A stretch of 64,000 bases of DNA. It comes from Candidatus Limnocylindrales bacterium (GTDB lineage: Bacteria; Chloroflexota; Limnocylindria; Limnocylindrales; CSP1-4). Below the pieces are notes generated by a model. It saw nothing but the letters and a program-made list of their open reading frames with translations, was not told the origin of the DNA and searched no databases. The stretch lies in contig JBBSFD010000001.1 of assembly GCA_038239115.1 (NCBI GenBank), positions 51,399-115,398 on the forward strand, read 5' to 3'. Positions within the stretch are counted from its first letter, which is position 1; every line of letters begins with the position of its first letter. Shown here one piece after another: positions 36,911-45,629 of this stretch. The translations under genes and the position numbers were made by a program.

Positions 36911-37606
36911 CTACGCGGGTTCCCCCCGGGCGGATGAACGGGCCTGTCGCAGGCCGGGCGAAGTCAGTCCGCGCTGGAGCAGGGCGAAGCCGCCCTCCGC
37001 GGCCAGGGCCAGGGCCGCCACCAGGAGGACGCCGCCGTACAGCTGGCCGTCGTCGTTCTGGGCCACGCCATCGACCAGGTAGCGGCCGAGCCCGCCGAAG
37101 CCGAAGATCGCCCCCAGGGTGGCGGTGGCGATCACCTGGACGGCCGCCGAGCGGAGGCCCCCGCCGATGACCGGCAGGGCGATCGGGACCTCGACCCGGC
37201 CCAGGATCTGGCGTTCGCGAAAGCCCATCCCACGGGCGGCCTCGACCAGCTCGCGATCGACCCCCGAGACCCCGGCATAGGCGTTCACCAGGATCGGCGG
37301 GATGGCCAGGATGATCATCGCGATCAAGGTCGGGTAGACCCGGAAGCCGAGGTCGGGATCGATCGCCTGGGTGATCGGGAGCACGATCCCGATGGCGGCC
37401 ACCGACGGGATCGCCCGACCGATGTTGGCCAGGTTCACGGCCAGGGTGGCCGCCCGCCCGGTGTGCCCGATCCAGACGCCGATCGGCAGGGCGATCAGGG
37501 AGGCGATCAGGAGCGACAGCGCCGAGATCCCGACCTGCTCGGCCAGTCGGAGCGGGATCCCGTTCGGGCCGGACCAGTTCACTGGGTCAAGAAGCCACTG
37601 GATCAT
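36911..37606 (-). CDS. ABC transporter permease (OpuBB-type)
   Basis: Start at MIQWLL (ATG at 37606) overlapping the upstream permease by 4 bp; EAA-like loop GVDRELVEAARGMGF. Confidence 0.8.
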   Translation of the reverse strand: MIQWLLDPVNWSGPNGIPLRLAEQVGISALSLLIASLIALPIGVWIGHTGRAATLAVNLANIGRAIPSVAAIGIVLPITQAIDPDLGFRVYPTLIAMIILAIPPILVNAYAGVSGVDRELVEAARGMGFRERQILGRVEVPIALPVIGGGLRSAAVQVIATATLGAIFGFGGLGRYLVDGVAQNDDGQLYGGVLLVAALALAAEGGFALLQRGLTSPGLRQARSSARGEPA

Positions 37607-38304
37607 CCGGTTGGCCCCCCGGCCGGCCCGACCACGATCTGCTCGAAGGTCGGCCGACTCGGCGGCTGGCTTGAGGCCCATGGGGTGAGCCGGCGCTGGA
37701 CCCGGACCAAGATCAAGTCGATGGCGATGGCCAGCAGGATCGAGGGAACCGCGCCGGTCAGGATCTCGGTGGGAAAGAACCGGTGGTAGCCCTCGAAGAT
37801 GAAGAAGCCAAGCCCCCCAAACGAGTCGCCCAGGGTCGCGGTGATCGTGACCAGGCCAATGGTCGAGACGCTGGCCAGGCGCAGGCCGGCCACCATCAAG
37901 GGCACGGACAGGGGCAGGACGATGCGCTGGAACCGCTCCCGGCGGTTGTAGCCCATCCCGTCGGCTGCGTCGAGCACGTCGCCGGGCGTCGCGTCGAAGC
38001 CGGCCACGATGTTCCGGACCAGGATGACCAGGGTGTACATGATCAGGGGGATCTCGGCCGTGTAGATCGTCAGGCCGGTGACCGAGACGAGGGCGGCGAA
38101 CACGGCCAGGCTGGGGATCGTGTAGAGAAGGCCGGCAAAGCCGCTGATCAGGGGATAGGTCGAGCGCCGCGACTGGACCAGGACGGCGAGGGCGAACGAG
38201 ATGGCGAAGCCGAAGAGCACGGCGATCGCGGCCAGCTCGAGGTGCTGGATCGTCCGGCTGAGGATGGCCCCAAGGTGGTCGCCGATCCAGCCCCAGTCGA
38301 TCAC
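37603..38304 (-). CDS. ABC transporter permease
   Basis: Six TM helices; GFDATPGDVLDAADGMGYNRRERF permease loop. Confidence 0.8.
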   Translation of the reverse strand: MIDWGWIGDHLGAILSRTIQHLELAAIAVLFGFAISFALAVLVQSRRSTYPLISGFAGLLYTIPSLAVFAALVSVTGLTIYTAEIPLIMYTLVILVRNIVAGFDATPGDVLDAADGMGYNRRERFQRIVLPLSVPLMVAGLRLASVSTIGLVTITATLGDSFGGLGFFIFEGYHRFFPTEILTGAVPSILLAIAIDLILVRVQRRLTPWASSQPPSRPTFEQIVVGPAGGPTG

Positions 38305-39506
38305 GAGCCGGCCTGTGAACCTGCCAGGGGGCTGACGGAGCCGTGCGATTGGAGGAACGCTCCGATCAGGTCGGTCGTGACCAGGCCCTTCAGGCGGCCG
38401 TCGCGATCGACCACGATGCCGGTGTGGACGTCCGCGTCGAGCATCATCGAGAGAGCGTCCTTGAGGGTGGTCTGGCCCGACAGGAGGGGCGACATCGGGA
38501 TGGCCATTGCCTCAGTCAGGACGCCGTCGCCGGGGATGTCCAGGTCGCGCACCCAGCCGACCGGCCGGTCGGCGGCATCGACCAGCAGGAGGTACGGGAA
38601 CGGGTCGGCCGCCGCCCGTTTGCCGGCGGGGCCGGCCGGCTCGCCGATCCGGCCGACCACGGCCGGCCGGAGCTCGACCTCGCTAATCCGGCTGAGCGAC
38701 AGCCGCTTCAGGCCGCGATCGGCGCCCACGAAGCGGGCCACGAAGTCGGAGGCGGGATTGGCCAGCAGCTCGGTCGGGGTGCCGTACTGGGCGACCCGGC
38801 CGCCCTGCTCGAAGACGGCCACGAGGTCGCCCATCCGGATCGCCTCATCGATGTCGTGGGTAACGAACAGGATCGTCTTGGCCAGCTCCTCCTGAAGGCG
38901 CAGGAACTCGTGCTGCAGCCGTTCCCGAACGATGGGATCGACCGCTCCGAAGGGCTCGTCCATGAGCATGATCGGGGGATCCGCCGCCAACGCCCGGGCC
39001 ACCCCCACCCGCTGGCGCTCGCCGCCCGACAGCTGGCCGGGAAACCGGCCGGCGTAGCGGGCCGGGTCGAGGCCGACCAGCCCGAGCAGCTCCTCGGAGC
39101 GTTCCTTGACCCGGGCGGCAGGCCAGCCCAGAAGGCGGGGCACCGTGCCCACGTTCTCGATGATCGTCTGGTGCGGGAACAGGCCGGTCTGCTGGATCAC
39201 GTAGCCGATGCCCCGGCGCAGCTCGGTCACGTCCCGGCTGGCCGCGTCCACGCCGCCCAGCAGGATCCGGCCCGAGGTGGGTTCGATCAGCCGGTTGACC
39301 ATCTTGAGCGAGGTCGTCTTGCCGCAGCCCGAGGGGCCGACCAGGACGCAGATCTTGCCCGCCGGAATCGACAGCGACAGGTCGTTGACCGCGCCCGGCG
39401 TCGGCGTCTGGCCGGCCCCCGAGTGGGGCCGGGCCGGGGCCGGGCCGTAGACCTTGCTGACGTGCTCGAACTCGACGGTGGCGGCGGTGGCGCGTTCTTT
39501 GGTCAT
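38301..39506 (-). CDS. ABC transporter ATP-binding protein with a C-terminal CBS pair (OpuAA/ProV-type)
   Basis: Walker A GPSGCGKTT, signature LSGGERQR, Walker B IMLMDEPF; C-terminal CBS domains; start at MTKERA (ATG at 39506). Confidence 0.85.
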   Translation of the reverse strand: MTKERATAATVEFEHVSKVYGPAPARPHSGAGQTPTPGAVNDLSLSIPAGKICVLVGPSGCGKTTSLKMVNRLIEPTSGRILLGGVDAASRDVTELRRGIGYVIQQTGLFPHQTIIENVGTVPRLLGWPAARVKERSEELLGLVGLDPARYAGRFPGQLSGGERQRVGVARALAADPPIMLMDEPFGAVDPIVRERLQHEFLRLQEELAKTILFVTHDIDEAIRMGDLVAVFEQGGRVAQYGTPTELLANPASDFVARFVGADRGLKRLSLSRISEVELRPAVVGRIGEPAGPAGKRAAADPFPYLLLVDAADRPVGWVRDLDIPGDGVLTEAMAIPMSPLLSGQTTLKDALSMMLDADVHTGIVVDRDGRLKGLVTTDLIGAFLQSHGSVSPLAGSQAGS

Positions 39507-39519
39507 GCCTGGCCGGCGC

Positions 39520-39924
39520 TCAGCCCCGGGCCCGGACGCGGTCGGGCGTGATCTCGAAGATCTCCCGTTCGCCGGTCGAGCGCCAGTAGGCCCGGCCGTT
39601 GTAGCGCTGGGACAGCTTGTTGATGAAGGCCAGCCCGTCGTCGTCGCGGATGGCCGTGACCCGGCCGCTGATCGACAGGACCCGGCCGGCATTGGCCGGG
39701 TCGGCGACCGAGATCGCGACCTGCGGCCGGGCCCGGATGTTGCGGCCCTTGTAGGAGCCCTTGGGCGAGCTCGTCAGGACATGCTCGCCGTCATAGTCGA
39801 CCCAGACCAGGTGGCTGACCAGCGAGCCGTCGCCGCCCGTTGTCGTCAGGTGGGCCAGGGCCGTGGTCGTGAGCAGGTCGACCACCGACGGGGGAATCCG
39901 GGCGGGCTGGGCATTGGCGCTCAT
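39520..39924 (-). CDS. PPOX-class F420-dependent enzyme / pyridoxamine 5'-phosphate oxidase-like
   Basis: 134-aa split-barrel protein (LAHLTTTGGDGSLVSHLVWVDYDGEHV). Confidence 0.7.
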   Translation of the reverse strand: MSANAQPARIPPSVVDLLTTTALAHLTTTGGDGSLVSHLVWVDYDGEHVLTSSPKGSYKGRNIRARPQVAISVADPANAGRVLSISGRVTAIRDDDGLAFINKLSQRYNGRAYWRSTGEREIFEITPDRVRARG

Positions 39925-39997
39925 GGCCGGGCTATTGTGCCGCGCCGGCGCGATGAGGCCCGGCCACGGCTGACCGATCAGGTCGACGAACCGCTCC

Positions 39998-40939
39998 TCA
40001 GGCGAGGAGCGGTTTCACCTCGGAGATGAACCGTTCGATCGTCTCGACATCATGGGGGGCCGGCTGCTCCGAGATCACCGTGCCGAAGCCCAGCGCGACG
40101 TATGGCCGGAGCCGGTCGGCGATTTGCTCGGGCGAGCCATTCCAGAACGTGTCGTCGTCCTCGACGTCCGACCAGGGCGTCCGGTTGTGCTCGAGCGCTG
40201 CGTGCATCACCCGTTCGGCATCGGCCTGGCTGTCCCGGATCGTCAGCTTCACCCCGAGCGTGAACTCGATCTCGGAGATGTCCCGGCCGACCGTGTCGCA
40301 GTGGCCCTTGAGCACGTCGACCTTGTGGGCGATGAACTCGGGCGTACCCATGGCATTCCACATGTCGGCGTAGCGGGCCACCGTCCGGAGCGTCTTCTTC
40401 TCGCCGCTGCCGCCGATCATGATCGGCAGGTGGGCCTGGATCGGCGCCGGCTGATGGCGCAGGTCGTTGAAGGCGTAGTGGCCGCCCTCGGACGTGACCG
40501 ACCTGCCATCGAGCAGGGGACGGATCGCCGCGACCGATTCGTCGAGCCAGTCCAGGCGCTGGCCGAAGCCGGACCCGAAGTCGATGCCGTGGGCCAGGTG
40601 CTCCGGCTCCATCCAGGCTCCGCCAATGCCCAGGATCGCCCGGCCGTTGCTGATGTGATCGAGGGTGGCGGCCGTCTTGGCTACGAGGCCCGGGTTGCGG
40701 AACGTGTTCGCCCCGACGAGCAGGCCCAGCCGGGTCCGCTTGGTGGCCATCGCCCAGGCCGCCAGCGTCGACCAGCCCTCGAAGATCGGCTGGTACGGGT
40801 CGCCGAAGATCGCGTAGAGGTGATCCCACGCCCAGAGGTGGTCGTAGCCGAGCTCGTCGACGCGTCGGGCCGTATCGAGCATCTCCGGCCAGCTCACCGA
40901 CTGGCTCCAGGGCAGGATTCCTAGCTTCAGGTCGGGCAT
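39998..40939 (-). CDS. LLM-class F420-dependent oxidoreductase (luciferase-like monooxygenase family)
   Basis: LKLGILPW N-terminus, GRAILGIGGAWMEPEH motif, TIM-barrel LLM family; a GC-rich hairpin overlaps the stop codon. Confidence 0.8.
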   Translation of the reverse strand: MPDLKLGILPWSQSVSWPEMLDTARRVDELGYDHLWAWDHLYAIFGDPYQPIFEGWSTLAAWAMATKRTRLGLLVGANTFRNPGLVAKTAATLDHISNGRAILGIGGAWMEPEHLAHGIDFGSGFGQRLDWLDESVAAIRPLLDGRSVTSEGGHYAFNDLRHQPAPIQAHLPIMIGGSGEKKTLRTVARYADMWNAMGTPEFIAHKVDVLKGHCDTVGRDISEIEFTLGVKLTIRDSQADAERVMHAALEHNRTPWSDVEDDDTFWNGSPEQIADRLRPYVALGFGTVISEQPAPHDVETIERFISEVKPLLA

Positions 40940-41068
40940 CTCGACACGATCTCCGTTGGGCGGGCTGGGCGGTCAGTATCGCCGATCGTGGCGCCGGACT
41001 CGGGCTCGGGCCGGGAGCCTCGCCCATTGGGGCCCGGGCGTCGGCGAGTCCCCTGACCCTAGGCCTCG

Positions 41069-41237
41069 CGATTCCGCGTGCATGGTCACTGGCTAGTGAG
41101 GGACGCCCTTAGCCTACGAAACGCCCGCCTCGGCTCCCCGATTCGCGCATGGCTCGAGCTCAAGCCGCAGTCGGCCCCGCCAAACCCTGGTCTGGGGCCT
41201 GGGCCTTGTGCTCGCCGCGTCCATGCACGCGGAATCG
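41069..41237. repeat. perfect 17-bp inverted repeat (CGATTCCGCGTGCATGG / CCATGCACGCGGAATCG) bracketing 135 bp of non-coding DNA
   Basis: Arms at 41069-41085 and 41221-41237, verified against the codon positions of overlapping track ORFs; lies in the 385-bp gap between the LLM oxidoreductase and a small upstream gene. Confidence 0.5.
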
Positions 41238-41324
41238 ATTGAGCGAAGGCCCAGGCCGAGGGTCGCGCCACCGAACCCCGAGCCGCCCTCGTCGCGGAAC
41301 GAGGACCTCGCCACGGAACGAGAG

Positions 41325-41603
41325 TCAGGCGTTATCCAGCTCGCGCGAGATCGCCCGCAGGATGAACCGGGCCGCCTCGGCGCTCTTGCCGCCGAGCTTC
41401 TGGCCGTCGTCCTGTTCGAGGGCGCGGCCCAGGTCGCCCAGCATCAGGTCGAGGGTCGGGGTGCGGACCAGGGTGCCTGCTGCAAAGGCCGCCTCGAGGC
41501 CGGCTGCGGCGGTTCGGGCGTTGTCGACGGCATGGCCCTTGGCCTCCATCGCCTCGCGAAACGCCAAGCGTGCCGCGTCGGCCGCCGGCCCGCTGCTGGC
41601 CAC
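41325..41603 (-). CDS. hypothetical small alpha-helical protein (92 aa)
   Basis: GTG start; high GC3; co-directional and 20 bp downstream of the RimJ-like GNAT gene. Confidence 0.35.
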   Translation of the reverse strand: MASSGPAADAARLAFREAMEAKGHAVDNARTAAAGLEAAFAAGTLVRTPTLDLMLGDLGRALEQDDGQKLGGKSAEAARFILRAISRELDNA

Positions 41604-41622
41604 GGTCAGCTCATCCCCACGG

Positions 41623-42300
41623 TCAGCCGATCCGCTGGATCGTGGGAGCGTCGACCGGGCGGCCCGTCGCCGGGTCGGTGAGCGGCGACTCGTCCGCGCC
41701 GGGATCAGCCACGGCGCCCGACACGCCAGCGGGAATGGCCGCCTGCATCGCCCGCCAGTCGCTGTCGAGGATGCTCATCTCGACCTCGTCCCACCAGCGG
41801 TCGTCGCGCCGGATCGCCTCCCGGGACCGGCCCTCGATGATGAAGCCGGCCCGCAGGTAGGCCCGAATCGCCCGCTCGTTGAAGGCGAACACGCTCAAGC
41901 CGATCCGATGCAGCCGCAGCCGCTCGAACGCGTGCTCGAGCATCAGCCGGGTGGCTTCGGTGCCATAGCCCTTGCCCCAGGCTTCCTTCTCGCCGATCGT
42001 GATGTGGAACAGGGCCGAGCCGTTCTCGCCGTCGAGCTGGCTGAAGGCGCACGTCCCGAGCAGCCGATCCGAGGTCCGCTCGTGGATCGCCATGGCCAGC
42101 GAATCGGAGCCCAGGACCCGGGCATGGAAGAAGCGCTCGATCTCGGGCCGGGCCATCGGCCCTTCCTGGTAACGGGTCAGGCGGGACACCTCGGGGTCGG
42201 CGTACCAGCGCATGAACGCGGCCAGGTTGCCGGGCACGTGTCGCTTCAGGACGACCCGGTCGCCCACCAGACGGTCGGGGAACCAGCTGCGGTGGAGCAT
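41623..42300 (-). CDS. GNAT family N-acetyltransferase (RimJ/RimL-like)
   Basis: C-terminal 225 aa of track ORF 41623..44544; HITIGEKEAWGKGYGTEATRLMLEHAFERLRLHRIGLSVFAFNERAIRAYLRAGF acetyltransferase core. Confidence 0.75.
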   Translation of the reverse strand: MLHRSWFPDRLVGDRVVLKRHVPGNLAAFMRWYADPEVSRLTRYQEGPMARPEIERFFHARVLGSDSLAMAIHERTSDRLLGTCAFSQLDGENGSALFHITIGEKEAWGKGYGTEATRLMLEHAFERLRLHRIGLSVFAFNERAIRAYLRAGFIIEGRSREAIRRDDRWWDEVEMSILDSDWRAMQAAIPAGVSGAVADPGADESPLTDPATGRPVDAPTIQRIG

Positions 42301-42327
42301 CGAGGCGGACGGTATACCATCCCCGCC

Positions 42328-44181
42328 ATGCGCCGCTGGAGCGAGGTCGCCGAGCGGGTTTCGGCCACGACGCGGACCTCTGTCAAAACGCACCTGCTGG
42401 CCGACTACCTGCGCGCGATCGACGTCGAGCAGCTGCCCGTGGCCACGGTCTTCTTCGCCGGACGGCCCTTCGCCGAGGTGGACAGCCGGACGACCGGCCT
42501 GGGCTGGGCGACGATCTCGGGTGCCGTGGCCGGCCTCGACGACCTGCCGGCCGATGCCCTGGGCGACGCCTACGATCGATCGTCCGACCTGGGCCTGGCC
42601 GTGGCCGACGTGCTCGAGCAGGCGATCGAGTCGCGCCGCCAGCGGGGTCAGCCGGAGCGCGACACCGAGGGCCTCAGCCTGGCCGAGGTCGCCCGTGCGT
42701 TCGCCGCGATCGAGACCGCGAGCGGCTCGACCGCCAAGGCCGAGCGCTTCTCCGAGCTCCTGGCCCGGTGTGACCCGCTGACCGCCCGCTACGTGGTCAA
42801 GATCCTCACCGGGGAGCTCCGGATCGGGCTGGGCGAGGGCCTCCTCGAGGCCGCCCTGGCCGAGGCGTTCGGGCGGCCGATCGCCGCCGTCAAGCGGGCC
42901 GGGATGCTCACCGGCGACGTCGGCCAGACAGCCCTGCTCGCCCGCGACGACCGACTGGGCAGTGCCGCCATCGCCCTGTTCCATCCGCTCAAGTTCATGC
43001 TCGCTTCGCCGGCCGAGGACGCCAGCGAGATCATCGGCCGGCTGGGCCCGACGGCCTGGGTCGAGGACAAGTACGACGGGATCCGGGCTCAGCTCCACCG
43101 GGCCGGCCGCGACGTGCGCCTGTACAGCCGCGACCTGCACGACATCACCGGCCAGTTTCCCGAGGTCGTGGACGGGGCTCGCGACCTGACCTGGACGGGC
43201 ATCCTCGACGGCGAGATCCTGGCCTATCGGGAGGGCACGGTGATGCCCTTCGTGGCCCTCCAGAAGCGCCTCGGCCGGAAGGCGCCGTCCGCCGCGATCC
43301 GGGCCGAGGTACCCGTTGTCTACGTGGCCTTCGACCTGCTGGCCCTGGCCGACTCGGGCGTGCCCAACGGCACGGAGCGGGCAACTGGTTCGGAGCCGGC
43401 CGCCGAGGCCCTCCTCGATCGGCCCCTGGCGGAGCGCCGCCGCCGCCTCGAGGCGCTCGACCTGCCGGCCGCCGACGACGGCGGCTCGTTTGCCCTGTCG
43501 CACCTGGTCTCGGTCGACTCGGCCGACCAGCTGGAGGAGGCCTTTGACCAGGCCCGCCTGCGGCGCAACGAGGGGCTCATGGTCAAGGACCCGGCCAGCC
43601 CATACTCGCCCGGCCGGCGCGGCCTGGGCTGGCTCAAGATGAAGAAGGCCCTGGCGACCCTCGACTGCGTGGTCGTCGGCGTCGAGCTCGGCCACGGCAA
43701 GCGCCACGGGGTCCTCTCGGACTACACCTTCGCCGTGCGCGACGAAGCGAGCGACCGGCTGGTCACGATCGGCAAGGCCTACACCGGCCTGACCGACGCC
43801 GAGATCGCCGAGATGACCGCCTGGTTCGAGGCCCACACCCTGGCCCGCTATGGACGCTACCGGACGGTCCAGCCGACCGTGGTCGTCGAGATTGCCTTCG
43901 ACGTGATCGTTCGCTCCAACCGGCACAGCTCGGGTTTCTCGCTGCGCTTCCCCCGGATCGCCCGGCTGCGCCTCGACAAGGACGCCGCCGAGATCGACAC
44001 GACCGCCTCGGTCGAGGCCGTCTGGAGCGGCCTCCAGCACGAGCCAGAGCAGCTGGTAACGGCCGGCCACGTGCGCGGCGGGACGCCATCGGCCCGTTGG
44101 CGCAAGGTCCCTGGCGAGGTTCCTGGCGCGGCCGGGGATGGACCTTCGGATGGGCCGGCGGGGGACAACTCGCCGGGCTAG
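42328..44181 (+). CDS. ATP-dependent DNA ligase (LigB-type)
   Basis: Adenylation motif I WVEDKYDGIRAQLH (KYDG-type lysine), motifs III-V (EGLMVKD..., LKMKK); in-frame internal ATG at 42328 of ORF 41149..44181. Confidence 0.85.
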   Translation: MRRWSEVAERVSATTRTSVKTHLLADYLRAIDVEQLPVATVFFAGRPFAEVDSRTTGLGWATISGAVAGLDDLPADALGDAYDRSSDLGLAVADVLEQAIESRRQRGQPERDTEGLSLAEVARAFAAIETASGSTAKAERFSELLARCDPLTARYVVKILTGELRIGLGEGLLEAALAEAFGRPIAAVKRAGMLTGDVGQTALLARDDRLGSAAIALFHPLKFMLASPAEDASEIIGRLGPTAWVEDKYDGIRAQLHRAGRDVRLYSRDLHDITGQFPEVVDGARDLTWTGILDGEILAYREGTVMPFVALQKRLGRKAPSAAIRAEVPVVYVAFDLLALADSGVPNGTERATGSEPAAEALLDRPLAERRRRLEALDLPAADDGGSFALSHLVSVDSADQLEEAFDQARLRRNEGLMVKDPASPYSPGRRGLGWLKMKKALATLDCVVVGVELGHGKRHGVLSDYTFAVRDEASDRLVTIGKAYTGLTDAEIAEMTAWFEAHTLARYGRYRTVQPTVVVEIAFDVIVRSNRHSSGFSLRFPRIARLRLDKDAAEIDTTASVEAVWSGLQHEPEQLVTAGHVRGGTPSARWRKVPGEVPGAAGDGPSDGPAGDNSPG

Positions 44182-44211
44182 AACGGTCCGGACCGGGCGT
44201 ATCCTGTAGGC

Positions 44212-44742
44212 GTGTATGAGGACATCGGGCCCGCCCAGCTGGAGCTCACCCTGTACACCGACTCGTTCATCATCCGGGGCTCGATCGCGACTCGCTACAA
44301 GCGGGTGACCGATGTGCTGACCGACCCCGAGCACCACTTCATCGTGCTCTCGGACGCGACCGTCGACGAATACGGCTCGCGCGAGCTGGCGACCAAGACC
44401 CAGTACGCCCAGGTCAACCTGGCCACGGTCCTGTTCGCCGTCTCGAACCAGCCGGTCGAGTCGACGCCCGAGCTGCGCACGATCAAGGTGCCCGAGGCGG
44501 CCCTGATCTCGATCCCACCGTTCCGGATCAGCGGCCGGATCCACCTGCTGCCCGACCGCAGCCTGGCCCAGGCGTTGGGCGAGCTGGAGGCCAGGTTCCT
44601 GCCCGTGACCGAGGCGACGTTCTGGTCGGAGACCGTGGGCGAGGCCCGCCAGACGGTGCCCCTGCTGGCCTTCAACCAGGCCCGTGCCCAGGTCCTCGCG
44701 CCGTTCCGGATCGTCGACCCGTGGGCCGACCTGAAGACCTGA
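44212..44742 (+). CDS. hypothetical protein (176 aa), 30 bp downstream of the DNA ligase
   Basis: Clean ORF with high GC3; no recognisable domain. Confidence 0.45.
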   Translation: MYEDIGPAQLELTLYTDSFIIRGSIATRYKRVTDVLTDPEHHFIVLSDATVDEYGSRELATKTQYAQVNLATVLFAVSNQPVESTPELRTIKVPEAALISIPPFRISGRIHLLPDRSLAQALGELEARFLPVTEATFWSETVGEARQTVPLLAFNQARAQVLAPFRIVDPWADLKT

Positions 44743-44766
44743 CGCCGACCGGCCCAGGTCAGCGGG

Positions 44767-45609
44767 CTAGCGCTCGACAGGCAGGTCCAGTCGATCGCCC
44801 CATTCGGCCCAACCGCCGTCGTACACCGCGACATCGTCGTGGCCGGCCAGGGCCAGGATGAAGGCCAGCTTGGCCGCAGCGACTCCTGAGCCGTCGTAGC
44901 ACACGATCCGCCGACTGCGGGTGACGTTCGCTTTGAGCAGCACGTCACGCAGCCGGTCGGCCGGCTGGAACAGGCCGGTGCCGGGTTGGGTGAGGCCGGC
45001 GACCGGCAGGTTGACCGCACCGGGGATATGACCCAGCCGCTGGGTGTTGCCCTCGAAGCCATGGAACTCGGCCGTCGCCCGGGCGTCGACGAGCAGGACG
45101 GCCGCTGAGCCAAGCAGGTCCCGGACGTCGGTCGTGGTCAGGCGCAGCTCGGGCCGGGCGACTGCCTCGAACCGGCTGCTGGCGGTGGCCGGGCCGGCCG
45201 CCGTGATCTCGCCTGCGCCGTCGGTCCAGGCCCGGAAGCCGCCGTCGAGGATGGCCACCGACCCGACCCCCGACGCGCGCAGGCTCCACCAGGTCCGGCC
45301 CGCGTACAGGCTGGCCACATCGTCGTACAGGACAACCGTGCTGCCCGCTTCCACGCCCGCCCGGCCCAGGGCGGCCCCGACCCGTTCGGGGTCGGCCAGG
45401 GTCAGGATGCCCGTCTCGTCGTCCCGATCGGACAGCTCCACGACCCAGTCGAGATAGCTGGCGCCGGGGATATGGCCAGCTCCGTAGACCGCCCGGCCGG
45501 TGCCATCGGGCCGCCAGCGGACATCGATCAGCCGGAGGTCCGGCCGGCCCAGGTTGGCGGTCAGCCACTCGGCGGACGCGACGAGCTCGGGGCGCGGGTA
45601 GTCAGCCAT
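44767..45609 (-). CDS. thiosulfate/3-mercaptopyruvate sulfurtransferase (tandem rhodanese domains)
   Basis: Two rhodanese domains; active-site loop IVCYDGSGVAA. Confidence 0.85.
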   Translation of the reverse strand: MADYPRPELVASAEWLTANLGRPDLRLIDVRWRPDGTGRAVYGAGHIPGASYLDWVVELSDRDDETGILTLADPERVGAALGRAGVEAGSTVVLYDDVASLYAGRTWWSLRASGVGSVAILDGGFRAWTDGAGEITAAGPATASSRFEAVARPELRLTTTDVRDLLGSAAVLLVDARATAEFHGFEGNTQRLGHIPGAVNLPVAGLTQPGTGLFQPADRLRDVLLKANVTRSRRIVCYDGSGVAAAKLAFILALAGHDDVAVYDGGWAEWGDRLDLPVER

Positions 45610-45629
45610 GCACCCATATCATACGGACC

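Noticed and set aside
41325-42300. GNAT plus small helical protein as a TacT/AtaT-like toxin-antitoxin pair
   Set aside because: The GNAT is a 225-aa RimJ/RimL-type enzyme, not the roughly 170-aa tRNA-acetylating toxin type. Gene order (GNAT first) and the 92-aa partner lacking an RHH/HTH motif do not fit. This was speculation only.
41149-42327. N-terminal 393 aa of track ORF 41149..44181, and the upstream 750 aa of minus ORF 41623..44544
   Set aside because: The ligase adenylation domain starts at the internal ATG at 42328. The GNAT domain occupies only the last 225 codons of the minus ORF. The remainder overlaps the ligase on the opposite strand and is compositionally non-protein-like.
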